Shown: positions 42,713 to 56,584 of the stretch, piece after piece | Layout: each line of letters begins with the position of its first letter | Numbering within the stretch: position 1 is the first letter of the stretch | NCBI RefSeq assembly: GCF_009914755.1 | Contig: NC_060932.1 | Length of the DNA: 64,000 nucleotides | DNA from: the human T2T-CHM13v2.0 reference genome, Homo sapiens | Reading direction: 5' to 3' (one strand) | Notes under the pieces: model-generated | Database searches by the model: none | What the model saw: only the letters and a program-made list of their open reading frames with translations | What the model was told of the DNA's origin: nothing | Made by a program: the position numbers and the translations under genes

Positions 42713-43027
42713 ATAAATCAATCTTATAAACTAAAGTAAAACATGATGCAAAAGTTTGACAGTCACTTTATAATACTTATAGGAAAAGTTTCTGTGGATT
42801 TGGTAAACAAAGTTAAATTTATTTTAACATTAAGTTCCTCCTTTTTCCTTTTCCTTTTATGATTGTTTCATAGTATTGTTTTATGTTTAGCTTCAGTTTT
42901 AGGAAAGAAAATAAAACATCTTAGCATACCATATACAGTAACTTAAATTCTATGATACTATAGAAAATGGCTGATTTTCCTAGCCTTTTTATCTTTCCAT
43001 TTCTGTATGAAATAACAAAACCCACTG
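42713..43027 (-). repeat. Right arm of 315-bp inverted repeat
   Basis: See left arm. Confidence 0.97.
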
Positions 43028-45696
43028 ATTTGGGCATTTGTGATCCACTATGCTAAAAAGCCCTGTTGTTTCTTGGTCTTTTTTATTTCATGACTATTGT
43101 GAGTCAGATGGAAAATAGGATAAAGACATGAGAATTACTGAGCAGAACAATGGGTTTGAGTTATAAAACTGAACAGTTAGGAGGGGCAGGGAAATAAGGA
43201 CAGAGAAGGTGGAATGGAGACAGGGAAAAAAGCAGTGAGCATGTTCAGAAGACAGTTTGCCAGTGTAGTCACAATTTACCAAGAATCACTATAGACAATG
43301 TCAAGGGTTAGCCCAATTTACATTCAAGCATTTATCCTTTGTGTTACAAACAATTTAATTATTCTCTTTTAGTTATATTAAAATGTGCAGGTAAATTATT
43401 ATTGGCTGTAGTCACCCTGTTGGGAAATTACATACTAGATGTCACTCATCTAAGCCTTGTTTTTAAAGTTAAAATCTCAGATGATTCTCCCCTGTGTTTT
43501 CTGATTCACTGTCCTATACTCTAAATGGCCATCAACTCAGGAATAGAGATTATTCAGCCTCCAAGAACTACCTAATGGAGCAGTTTCCTCCATTGGTAGT
43601 TATTCCAATAAGTTACTACTCATTTTGGTTTTCATTCCATTACAGTTTTTTGATATGATTATTTGAGCCTAAAAATGTAACGTAATTTGGTTCCTAAGAG
43701 TTTATTAACAGAAGACAAGTTTTAACTTATGATGAACAGTAGGTGCTGAGAATTAGTCTGTGTTACTTAAAAATTTGAATTGAATTGTATCTCATTTAGA
43801 ATGAGGGATTTGTGAAAGCCAAATATATTCACATTGTCTATAAAAAGTGTGAGTGGCTGAATGATTACTCAAGAAACATGATCCATAGTGGCAACAAGTA
43901 TAATTGCTGTTCATAAGACTTTGCTTTTCTATAAAGTGTTATGTGACCTGTCTTACCTACAGTTTCTTTCACCTTATTTGCATTTATATATGCTCCCTAA
44001 AAATACAGATGATGTAAATTTCTCTAAGTTCTTATTAGTTATAAATCTGAATTAGAACAAAAATAACAAGCATTCCTGCTACTGAAGAAGTCATAAGACT
44101 TATTTAAAAGTATGATTTTCTGGGCAGAGTGTAAATAAGGTGGATTTATTCTATATATTGCTGTACTCTTTTATTTCAAATATAGTAATGCATAAAGTTT
44201 AAAATTAAATGTGCCTTCCATGTAGATTAATACTATCCATTTCATCTTTGTCAAGTAGAAGTAATTGCTTGGTTCAATACAATCCAGTCCCATCCGAGTA
44301 GATCTCTTTGTTCTTTTTCAGAAATGGGAGAGATTGAGAGTTTAAAAAGCATTCATCATCAGGAGAATTTGTTTTAAAAGCTTCCAAGCTCCCAAACAGC
44401 CAGTAGATAAATTACCCACTATTCAGAGAAAGAGAGCACAATTAGTTTTACATTATACTAAAACAATCAGCTCCATAAGTGACTATGTTTCTTAAGAAAA
44501 AAGCAATATGAATGTCATAGTTTGTCCTCTTTCTCCCAGGCTTTACAGCCAACAGCAAGCCTTTTCTCATACTAGAAGTTTTATGGAAAGCTTTGTGAAT
44601 ATGTTTTGACATTGTTTTTAGATAAGGAGAAATATATTCATGACTTGTAACCATGTGGTTAATAATACCTACTTCACAATGCAAAGTTAATGAGTCTTTT
44701 GTTTTATTCAAATGCTTTGAAGCTTTATGGTAAGAAGGAAGACTTCAATAAATTATTTTCAAATCTACCTTTCTTTCCCCAATAATTATTTTTATGTAAT
44801 TATTTACAACTAAGAAGCAAAGGAAGGTGTAAGAAAAAATTATACTGGGGGTAATGAATTATGCACAAAAAATCTACAGGTTGTTTTTTTCATCTTAACA
44901 AAATACATAGTTGCTAAACAGTCATTACCTCTTTTGACACATGCAGGATGGTGTAAGAATGTACTAAATTCATGTCAACTGCCATGACTTAACCTGGAGA
45001 AACACCATGACTAGTAAGCTTTACATACACAGCTGCTACAGTATTTTTAGCATTTTCCATTTATAATAAGAAAGTGATCAATGGAGGCCTTAGAGGAAAG
45101 AGTGCAATTGCAATCATATAAATAGCCTTATTTCCTTTTTTGCACACAAGTGGTATCTATCAAAATTCAAACATTGTAATACCTATTTTCATATATCAGT
45201 GTTCATCTATGGGTTACTTTTATTTTATTTTTTAAGTTATTCATTCTCATAATGATAATTGATCATTGTTGATATGTGCATGCAGGTCATATACAAAACT
45301 TCCTTTACACCACACAAAAAGTAGTCTACTTATGTTGTATAATAAGTTCGAACCTTTGTGCCTTAAGTACAAAACTGACTCTTCTCATGCACATAAACAC
45401 AACCTGGAACTGCATGACAAACACATTTGAATAAAGCTTTCATTTTTCAAAATTCATATATATGTGATCAGTGTACAGTATGAATTGGGTAAGGAGAAAG
45501 AGAGGGAAGAGAAAAGGAAAAAGGCAGTGAAGGAGAGAAATAGAGAGAAAGAGAATATATCAAAATACAGTGTCAAAATGTCTTATTCATGAAAGCTTCT
45601 TTCCTAGGGATATAAGTTTTTAAATGTGTCTGACTATAGAAAAGACTATTAAGTGGGTATGTTTTGTTTTAGATCAGTTTATTAAATTTTTTTTCA

Positions 45697-45785
45697 TGTT
45701 AGACAGGTAATGTGCCAATATCATAACAAGATTTGAGGGAGGCACATCTCACACATGAGTGTGAAAATTCAATCATCACATTCAC
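45697..45785 (-). pseudogene. U13 (SNORD13) snoRNA retropseudogene
   Basis: The minus strand reads gtgatgattgaattttcacactcatgtgtgagatgtgcctccctcaaatcttgttatgatattggcacattacctgtctaac, collinear with U13. Box C is kept, box D is CTGA>CTAA, the 5' end is truncated, and an A-tail is present (T-run 45687-45694). Confidence 0.85.
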
Positions 45786-46772
45786 TGAGTCTCTTTCAAC
45801 CAGTAGTCTTAGCCAGGCATGAAATCTGGGGGGCTGCAAACCTCCAAAGAAATTCTCACCACCCATTTGCCACACTCAGTCTTTTTCATAATCTTTGTAT
45901 CATGGACTTCAAAGCTTTAATAAATAAAGTCAAGTTACCTAATTCTCTGGCTACTTATAAAAGGTCAACATGTCCCATCCCATCTGATACCTTGATTTGC
46001 ATGTCTTTGACTCTTAAGACATACACAGATTTTCTATCTAACCCCTAAGACCTTTGAAGTTGATGGGATAACAGTAGGTCTAATATTTTTTATCTAAATA
46101 TAAAGACCTGGAACTTGATAGGATTCTAAGATAAATACATAATTTTCCCCACTGATTGAGTCTTGCATTATTTTGTCTTCATATTCAATTTCAATCAGTT
46201 GTTCAACCAATTGAATTTGGGCTCTTACATAATGCTTCAGACTCATGGTTGCACCATGAAGTCTTTCAATGTTTCTGATTTTCTTCTTTTGCAACCAAGA
46301 TTGTGAAATGCAGATCAAAGACCTGTATTGGCTTTTTCTCCTATCCCAGATGCATAAGGCTTAGGACAGCACTGTTCAAAGCCTCGTAGTAGGGGTATCC
46401 TATGGTCATTCTTGTTAGGGGCACAACAAAGATTCACGAGTAATTGAAATCTCTTTCCCTAGTCTAGAACTTTAAGTGGTTCCTCCTTTGACTTGGACAA
46501 GAGCTCAGGTTGAAAAGTAATTGCTGACCTCAGGCAGTAAATTAGCTGGATTAAAAAAAATCGTAACATTCCATAAATGAAAATAATTATAGATTTGCCT
46601 ACAACAAAGGACCTAAGAACCTACCATCAAAATTATTTGTCCTAAATATCTAATTCTTCCTTTATTCTTCCCCTGATCTAACCTTAAAATCTAACTTACA
46701 TATCAGTATACGCATGCTATCAACAATAAAACACAAATCTCTGTATTTTAAAATTTTTTTTTATTTTCTCAG

Positions 46773-46790
46773 TTTCTACAGATAAAGTGA
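46773..46790 (+). CDS. Coding start of terminal exon (FLQIK* if joined to 13641; VSTDKVI* to 46795 if joined in phase 1)
   Basis: Long pyrimidine tract ttttttttattttctcag| with a second AG 9 nt downstream (ctacag|ATAAAGTGA). Stops follow quickly in both frames, then a typical 3'UTR. Confidence 0.55.
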   Translation, partial: FLQIK

Positions 46791-47722
46791 TCTGAAATAA
46801 CGCATGATGCCACAAAGCAGAAAAGAGAAACTGTGACAACCCCCAGAAATGTGAAAGGAGGTTTCTTACTGGACAGCAGCATCTTTGGTTCAATTTATAT
46901 AAAAACCCAAATAAATAAAATGGACAGTATTGCTCAGTTTTAGAAATTCCATTTCTTCTATGTTTTAAGCTGTACAATTGTCAGGTTTTTATGGTTTAAA
47001 TTGTAAATGTGTTTTCCCCTTTGCTAATTATGTTTTTTTTTTCAGTCTTAAAATGTGAAAGGCATTTATGAATGGTAAGGGAAACACTATATACAAATGT
47101 ATATTTGTAAAAGCTATTTTTATGATTAGCATGTTTCACTGTTGATCATATATAAAGTCAGGTGATATTGCAATTCTGTATTTAAAGCTTATTTCCAACA
47201 ATGTCATGTAAGAAAAGATGCATCTTATGCTAGTTTTTATAATTTATTTATAATTTATAGTTTAAAGTACTTCAGATCATAATGATAAAATACTTGAAAA
47301 AGTTATATTTCTGCCCTGTATAAGCACCCTTTTTATTAATAAAGAATGCAGATATTTCAGATGTGATATAATAGTTAAAGAACTGTTGGTTTGATCTGTG
47401 ATTAAGTTGAGCATGCTCCGCTCTACTGAACTAAATGATCCAATTATTACTTCAGTCTGGGTATGAGATTCCATGGACAAGTAAGGACTAGATTGCCAAG
47501 GAAAAGACTGTCTTGCCCTTGGATCCAAAAGTTTAAATTAGTGCATACATCATGTCATTTCACCTCCTGTTCCTAGGAACTCTCCATTCCCAAGCATTGC
47601 CAGTGTTTTCCAGATAATCTTAGCTGTTGTCTTGTGCTGTGGAAATGGAAGAAACCATCTTCACAGACTGTAGGAGAATTCAACATATAATTTCTTAATA
47701 AATACTGTTTCTTTTAAAACAA
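46791..47722 (+). other. 3'UTR of the host gene
   Basis: Repeat-free AU-rich sequence with TGTA-type and ATTTA motifs and several AATAAA (46910, 47338, 47697). Confidence 0.65.
47697..47702 (+). terminator. Polyadenylation signal AATAAA (distal)
   Basis: AATAAA followed ~20 nt later by a CA and a GU/U-rich element (gttggtgtgtatctttc). Confidence 0.7.
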
Positions 47723-49401
47723 AGTTGGTGTGTATCTTTCATTTGGGGTACATTTAGTTTTAATATTCAGTTTGAACTTTTACAGTCACTGTGCTACCAC
47801 AAAATCAGCTCCATAATGAAAGTAGTGTATCTTTACCAAAGCGTGCATCATAGGTTCTACATGCCCACACTCTCTTGGGAGTGACCTGTATTCTGGCACT
47901 GATAATTTGCCATGTAAAAGAAAGCCAGATGGCCTTCAAACCTTGACAGAAGTCATACTCCAGTTTATATTTTAGGAAAGTATATTTTTCCTCCAAATAC
48001 AGAATTTTAAGAAAATATTTCAGAATACTACTGAAGGTGAAACTACTTCATCGGGAGGTATTTACGTTCTGCCAGACTTAAAGTCTATAACTAAATGACT
48101 GCAAGTTCCTCATTAAAGAGCACAGAGACAACATCTATAAATGTCACCAAGGACACTTAGTAAGATTAAGCCCTCCTTTTTTCAAAGAAACTGAGGAGAG
48201 TCTAAAACCACCTTGGTACATGTTCCCTTAATTTTCTATTTAATTTCTTTAAGGTAATTTATCTTATTTCTCTGTCTTTTGAAGACAAGCTAATGAAAAA
48301 CAATGTCCTTTTATCCAACAAGAGGTATTAAAAACCAAAATTCTGGACAAAAAAAAAGAATTACAACTCTAATATTAAAGAACATGCATATACTACATTT
48401 TCCTATTTAAGGTCTTTAGAAAGTTGCACATAGAACCTAGGATCTGGATCAAGAATGTACTTCCTTTTTAAGGGACTGCAAAAACCATACCATGATGCAC
48501 TGTTATTTTTGATGACCATAATAGGCATGGGAGAATTTGTGACTGCCAGATTAGACTCTGAAACTGAAAATAACCTGTATATGGTTCTATATAAAATCAG
48601 CAAGGTGGCTTCTTGGTTTTCACCAAATAGATGAATTTGCTAGGAATAATCTGATACTCCAGAGAGGAAGTGTTGCAGGCACTGCATATTAGAAAATTAT
48701 GTATGTGAATATTTTTCCCAATTTGTCATTTGTCCTCATAGTATTCAATAAACAGTGTGGCATTTATAATCAAGCATGATCATAAATTATTGAGAGTATC
48801 ATATTGTCCCCAATGGACATTATTCTCAAAATAAGTTAAATAATTAAAGTGTATAAAAATAATTCTTTGTTATTGGGCTGGGTTTTCTCCACACAGACCT
48901 TGAAATATAAAACCATGGGTCTTTCTCTGTGTTACCAGTTCCTGGCTTAAGAATTTCTTTTAATGACAAACATGGAATAAAATATATACCAAATCAAAGT
49001 ACAGGTGATTTAGGATTGTAATCCCTAAATGTTTGGTTTAACAACTTAAAAGAAAGCTTTCAAAGGCTGAGGAGGTGAATGTGAGCTTCTTCTAACTCCA
49101 AATTATGTCAGTCTCATAAAACAATGCTAAGGGAAAAAGAAAAAGAAGGATATTACTCACCACATTAAATTCAAGAAAAAATATGAAAAATTAGGCCCAT
49201 TGCTTAAAGGTAGGTAAACTGGTGACTCATGGAAATGTGAAAAGGGAAAGTACCAATTTTGCTTTCATCTTCTTCAACAAAAGAATGGTTATCAAAGCAG
49301 AAATGCACAACCGAGTGAATTAAAATAAAAATGAAGCAGAAGATAAGCCAAAAAGAAACAATTTATTTAAAATTGTTAAGGGGTTAAAGTTTTAGAGAAC
49401 A

Positions 49402-50032
<631 letters not shown>

Positions 50033-51354
50033 TTTAGAAAAGGTTTAGAGAACAAAAGTTACAAATGCAAATATTTATAAAGCCCTGATAAGAAATATAA
50101 ATGAAAGAAATAGCCCAGAAGTAAGTTAGCAGAACTTAAATGCAACTCTGTTGATGAGTAGATAACCATCTCTCAGTTTCATCTGGGCACCTGAAGAAAT
50201 GAAGAAATTCTAAAGAAATGAAGACCTGGATTGACCAGGTTTCCTGATTTTTCCAGAGAAAGTAGACCTCCAGAGTTTAAAATGAGATATTTTATTTTGT
50301 TTCTTTTGCTCTATTCTAATGTGAATCCTGGTGTAATTTACATCCAGGATTTACTAGTTATAAGACTTAAAAAGAATAAATTCTTTGTAATTAGAAACAA
50401 CAAATTCAGGATTATCTCTGGTGAGAAAGAGAGGAAAATAGAATCTGGGAAATAAAATAGGGATATTCAACCACATCTGTAATAATCGATTTACTAGGAA
50501 AAATGTTTGAATCAAACATGGCAAAATGTTAAGATTTGATAAAACTTTAGACTACGCTGATATTCATTATATTTCCTCTATGTTGCTTTTTAGGGTTAAA
50601 ATACTTCCTTATAATAAAAGTATGTGATTTATATCTCAAAGTTTCTATACATAGATAAGTTTCTATATATAGATCTATACATAGAAACACAAAGTTTTCC
50701 TATAAAAAGTTTCTACACATAGATCTATCTATACATAGATATAGATGTACATATTCATGATACAGAGATGTGGGTGATATAAAAAGCATAGATAAAGGTG
50801 GTAATTTGAAACAGCAGACTGTGACTTTGTGTTCTACCTTTTCTAGAGATGTTCAAATTCCTAGGCAAGAATATAACCTAGAGAAAGAGAGATGCACTAA
50901 TGTTCAAAGGCATTCTTACAGAGAAGGAATGTGCATGTGAATTTATTTTTTTGTTATTGTTGAAAAGGCTTCCTATCAGCACTTGAGATATCTGGAAACT
51001 CTAGAAATTTAAATATGAATCATGCAAGAATTTGGGGTACCTAAATACAAAAAATAGTTTCCATGTTTATATGCTACTCCTATAAGGCTAAGGGCTTTGC
51101 CTTTTCTGTCTTTATACTCTGTAAAAATGGTGCCTTGGACATAACAGAATTTATCCATATATGTTTATGGAATTAGATGAAACAGGGTTTTAGGTTTTTA
51201 CTGTATTATAAAAATAACAAAAGCCATAATTTGTTCAGCAAGTACTATGTGCTGAGCACTGTGCTAATTACCTTATATGCATTATCACTAAGGCACAAAG
51301 GAAAATTGCATGGTGGGTACTGTTACCCCCAGTTTACAGGTAAAGAAAGCAGAT

Positions 51355-52010
51355 AATGTGTTCACTCATCAATTCTTTATTGAGTACCAATTCTGTGCCA
51401 AGCACTGTTCCCAGCAATAGGGGTCCAGTTACAAATAATGAAGACTGAAATTCCTGACTTTAAAAAGCCTGTACTCCTCTGGGGATGACATGTTAACAGG
51501 CCAATAAAGAAGCATATGTATAGTATTGCAGATGAAAATGATGATAAACACAAAGGGAAAAACAAAGCAGGGAAGGAAAATGGGCTGATGAGGTTTTAAA
51601 TGAGTGTTTCAAATAGGCTGGTCAGGGAAGTTTCCTTGGTAAGGTGGCATTTGGACAAAGGTGTGAAGCAGGGGAGAGGGTGAGCTATGTGGCCATTTAT
51701 GGGAAAAGTCTCCTGAACAGAGGGAACAGCAAGTAAATGCCCTGAAGCAGGATTATACTTGCTGTGTTCAGGAACAGTAAGAATGACAACATGTTTGGAT
51801 TCGAAGAAAATGATGGAAAGAAAAGTAAGAGATGAGACCAGAGAAAAGCTAGAATTCCAGATCATAGAGCCTTAGAGATGAATCTGAGTGCGTTGGCTTT
51901 TATTTTGCAATGGATGGGAAAAAGTGGAAGGTTTTGAGCTGAAGAATGAAATGATCTCACATAAGGGTTAAAAGAACTATGTGGGCTGCTACATTGAGAA
52001 AAGACTAAAG
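51355..52010 (-). mobile_element. L2 3' fragment
   Basis: 'ttcactcatcaattctttattgagtacc…gtgccaagcactgttc…ggttttgagctgaagaatgaaatgatc'. Confidence 0.75.
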
Positions 52011-52708
52011 AAATAGAAGGAACCCAGAAATTCCTATTTTTAGGTTGAGAAACCACTGCATGAGCATGGCCTGTGACTAGACTGGTCTGATCAGAGCAGA
52101 GAAGCACGTTCCTTTACTCATCAAATATTTGTTAAGCCTTAGCTCTATTCTGTGTGTGTATGTAATGATGGGCATGCAGTGGTGAATACAAACACGTTTC
52201 TGTTCCTCAAAGTACCTGGTCTGGTCTAGTGAACAATTCTGGGAAATAGCAGAATAAAGACGGAAAGAATAAAAACGTCTAAAATGATATTACAAGTTAA
52301 AAAGAACACTGGCTGCCAAAGTCTTGCTTCTTACAGCTCTGATGGAAATGGATAATCATTTTTTAAATTACCTTTGCTCAGTTGACTGTAACAGAGCAGC
52401 ATAGGTGCCCTAAAGTACAGCAGGAAAAGCTCAGATTTACCACAACTTTTTACAGACTCCACAAACTAGCTGTACATTGAAGATAACATAGCTATTCACC
52501 CAAACACAAGGGAATGCTCTTCGACGTTAGCCACAGTGATGGCACACATCTGCACGCTCATCAGCTCCTCTCTTTAGATAGCGAAGACAATACTTCAGTT
52601 CTTAGAACACAAAATGGTAGCCAACTGCACAGAACAAAGATGACGACCCATCAGCCAGCCCTTCTTCAACTATAAGATCCTGGTTTTGTTCAAATATCAA
52701 ATGGCCAG

Positions 52709-53074
52709 TGTATTAGTTCATTTTCACACTACTATAAAGAACTACCTGCGACTGACTAATTTATTTTTAAAAGGGGGTTTAATTGACTCACAGTTCCGCA
52801 TGGCTGGGGAGGCCTAAGGAAACTTCGAATCCTGGAGGAAGGCAAAGGGGAAGCAAGGCACATTTTACATGGTGGCAGGAGAGAGTGCTAGAGCAAGGGA
52901 GGAAGTGCCACACTTTAAAACCATCAGCTCTCATGAGAACTCACTATCACAAAAACCGCGAGGGGAGAAATTCGCCCCCTGATCCAAACATCTCCCACCA
53001 GGCCCCTCCTCCAACACGTGGGCATTACAATTTGAAATGAGATTCAGGTGGGGACACAGAGCCAAACGGTATCA
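52709..53074 (-). mobile_element. MSTA/THE1D-type solo LTR
   Basis: tgtattagttcattttcacactactataaaga…ggggacacagagccaaacggtatca. TSD gccag at 52704-52708 and 53075-53079. Confidence 0.92.
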
Positions 53075-53651
53075 GCCAGGTGCGTCTGAGAAGGCTGGGT
53101 CCCTCCTTAACCCTAAGGCCTGGATTTTGAACTTAGATAAGCCTAAGCCAATGATTCTCCACATCTGTGTATTGCTACACAAAGAACTTTTAAAAATACA
53201 GATAACCATAGGCCAGTTTCAGATATTCTGATTTAATTGGTGTGTTGTTACAGGGGTTTTTTGTTTTGTTTTGTTTTGTTTTGTTGCCCAGGTAGTTTAC
53301 GTGCAGACTGTGTTGAGAACCGCCGACCTAAGCTAATTATGGAAATCCATTCCTCTTACAAGTGGTTAATTGAGGAATGAGTATGTAACACAATTCTTTA
53401 CAACAAGATATGAGGACTTACCTTCCTGGGAGCTCCTCAGAAAGGTGTTCTCGCTGGTGAAGGAAACACGGTTGAGGATTGGGTTCTTTTCTGCTTGTAG
53501 AAAAAGCCGTGTTGTGAGGATTTGAGGCCTGGAGCTCCAACACCTGTCTTCTAATGATGAGGAGAGGAGCCAGAATATTGAAGGTGGCAGAGGGAAAAGA
53601 TGAAAGTATCTGGGTCTTCATAATGTCTTCCATCCACTAAATAAGCCCTGA

Positions 53652-54003
<352 letters not shown>

Positions 54004-54273
54004 TCAAATAACTTTTCTATTGGAGTCATATTTTCTGTTATTGCAGCTGAAAAAAATTCTAAATAATTCTTATAGTTACCTAAGGGAAAAGAAGTTAATC
54101 AGAAGTACCGCATGCTTGATAAGATAGTTAGGGGGTTTTGTTTTGTTCTGTTTTGTTTGGGGGAGTTTTTTTCAAATTAATATACCTCAGTAAAGAACTG
54201 CAGTCTTTTTTTCAGATATTCTATTCTGGGCAGAGAACAAAATAGTTAAAGCAAGAGAAATATTTCAGTTAAT

Positions 54274-54352
54274 TACAGAAAAAAAAAAATTCCAGTTTGA
54301 AAAAAACTAAAAAAACTAGTTTTTTTCAAACTAGAATTTTTTTTTTTCTGTA
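54274..54352. repeat. Quasi-palindrome: 36-bp arms, 1 mismatch, 7-nt loop
   Basis: tacag-A11-ttccagtttg-A7-cta (54274-54309) versus tag-T7-caaactagaa-T11-ctgta (54317-54352). Confidence 0.93.
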
Positions 54353-55017
54353 TACTTCAAATTGTACCAAAAGCTGTGGTAATTAACCTGCCATGGAGGC
54401 CTGAATCTTAGAGGTAGAAGCCACCAGCATGCAAGCCATCAAAGACAATCATGAAATTCCAACCACCTTTCGGTTTGCAAACAGAAAGAGGCAGTAACTC
54501 TTTGGTAGATAAGTGCATATGCAAGGGGAGAAAAACAAAATGGAACACATCAAAAATAAACTATGTTATAAAAAGAGGAAATATTTCACTCAAAATTAAG
54601 AGAATGATCAGATCCCTATTTTTTATAAAACAGGATAATATTTTAGAAAACAGTTGCTCTGTGTTAAGGGGGAAAAAAAAGTACCAGACAATAAGACCTT
54701 GAAAATGCCAGAATAAATTGAACAATTTTTTAAAACAAAAAGACAATAAGACCTTAATAAAATTGGAGCACAGAGCCATTAAAAAACAATGGATATGAAG
54801 GCAGACATTTTTTAAATAAACAAATAGACTTAAGGAACTTGAAAACAAAATAGTCAAATGCCAACTGTATAATTTAGAAAAACAAATATTTAGTGAAAGA
54901 TAACTTTTAGAGACTTCTATGTGATATAAAGCAAAAATAAAGAAGTGAACATATAAAAAAGATGATATTAAATATTGAGGGCAGAGAAAGAAGACTCAAT
55001 ACAAGCATTTTAAATCC

Positions 55018-55652
55018 TCAATACCATAAATTTGTTTAATGTGGTTTCTGCCTGGGCATCCATTTTTAGGCCTGACATAAGTTGTTTGAAACCCAGTTGT
55101 ACCCTGTCACCTCTGGCCTAGTAAAAACTTCCCTTCTCTATATGGTTGCTGGTGATATAGCCCATTTGTTTCCTCTTCCCACTGACCTACAGCCCAACAC
55201 ACCCACTGCTGCTATAATGATACTTATTCATCATCATCAGTCATTTAAGTTCCTTCCCTCTCATTCATGCTTTTTTTTTTTTTTTTAAACTAGCCAATTC
55301 ACAACCCCCATGGAAAGCCTAAGGAATAGTGCCATGGACCTTAATAAACATATAGTCCCACAGATCCTCTCCTCTCTCCACCTCCCAGCCCCCATCTTGA
55401 GTTCCTGTCACGTCAGGACTTTCCCTAAGCTTTTCATTATTACTCCTTACCTCTCTGGGACCTATGAGTAATAAATTTCTTCTGTCTCATGCATTTTGGT
55501 TTCACCTCCTCATTGTGTCTCGCCTGACACACACACCCAAATCCCCTGGTCAGGGCTCTCCTAGACAGTGACTATTTTGGCCTATGGCCACTCTGGACAG
55601 AGATACCTCAAGACTAAATTAGAAAGAAACCATAAAAATAAAAATCACAACA
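55018..55652 (+). mobile_element. ERV(L)-type solo LTR (family uncertain) inside old L1 sequence
   Basis: LTR-like organisation with internal AATAAA (~55470) and a terminal …aaca. It interrupts A-rich L1M remnants (~54400-57850). Confidence 0.55.
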
Positions 55653-56584
55653 TTCAGAAAGAAAACTGAACAAATGGAAAAGTAAAAGACATAATTGAAG
55701 AAAATGTTTTACTTGAGTGAAAGACCATCTACAACTCAAAAAAAGCACCATACTCTAGGAAAAATCTATTTTAAAAGAAAATCCAAAATTACAGGGAGAA
55801 AAGTGAAATATAAAAATAAAAAAGTAACAAATTCCAGGAGGCTCTCAAGCAGCTGCTCCAAAATAGCTAAGGCTGAATCTATGATAGAAAAATATTTATG
55901 ATCAAAAGTGCTAAGCCAGAATAAGAGCGAGCAGGGCCATGAATACTTTAATTTGTGAAAGTGTATAATGTGTATAATTAACGTGTATAATATGTGAAAA
56001 CACGTATGAAATATCTCATACATCTGTAGACTCAGAATGTATGCCATTCATGCTGAATTCCTGAAAACATTTTGGAACAATTAACCTAAAGATAATGTAC
56101 CATGTGATATCAAAAAATAAAAATGCAAAAGATGTTTATAGAACAAATATCTAATGATGACTAGTGAATTCAATATGTCACAGAGTTACATATAAATGTT
56201 ACAAAGATATTTCTAAAATAGAATTTAAAAAATTATTAAAAACATGATCTATATGTAAATATAATTGCTGCTAAATAACAACCTGCTTCTATAATTCCAG
56301 ATTGAGTTAATAAATTTGATTAGGAGAGGACAACAGAAAACAAGTGTATGTTAAATGCCTTATCCTGCACAGGCCCATTCATTTAACAAACATTCACAAA
56401 TAATCTATGATGTGTCAGACACTCTTCTAGATTCTTAGAATATATCAGTGAACAAAAGACATGAAACCCTTCACCCTGATGAAGCTTGTAGTATATCAAG
56501 TGTATATTTCATATAAAGGTAATCACTAATAGAACAAACCCAACAATGACAAAATTAAACCAGACATTGCCTGTACCCCAAAAG

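Noticed and set aside
44322-44377. Additional terminal exon as a firm feature
   Set aside because: Only a good acceptor supports it, and such motifs are common in long introns. Kept as a candidate in the findings only.
46094-46318. 74-aa minus-strand ORF
   Set aside because: No recognisable homology or splice support. Could be an ancient LINE remnant or chance.
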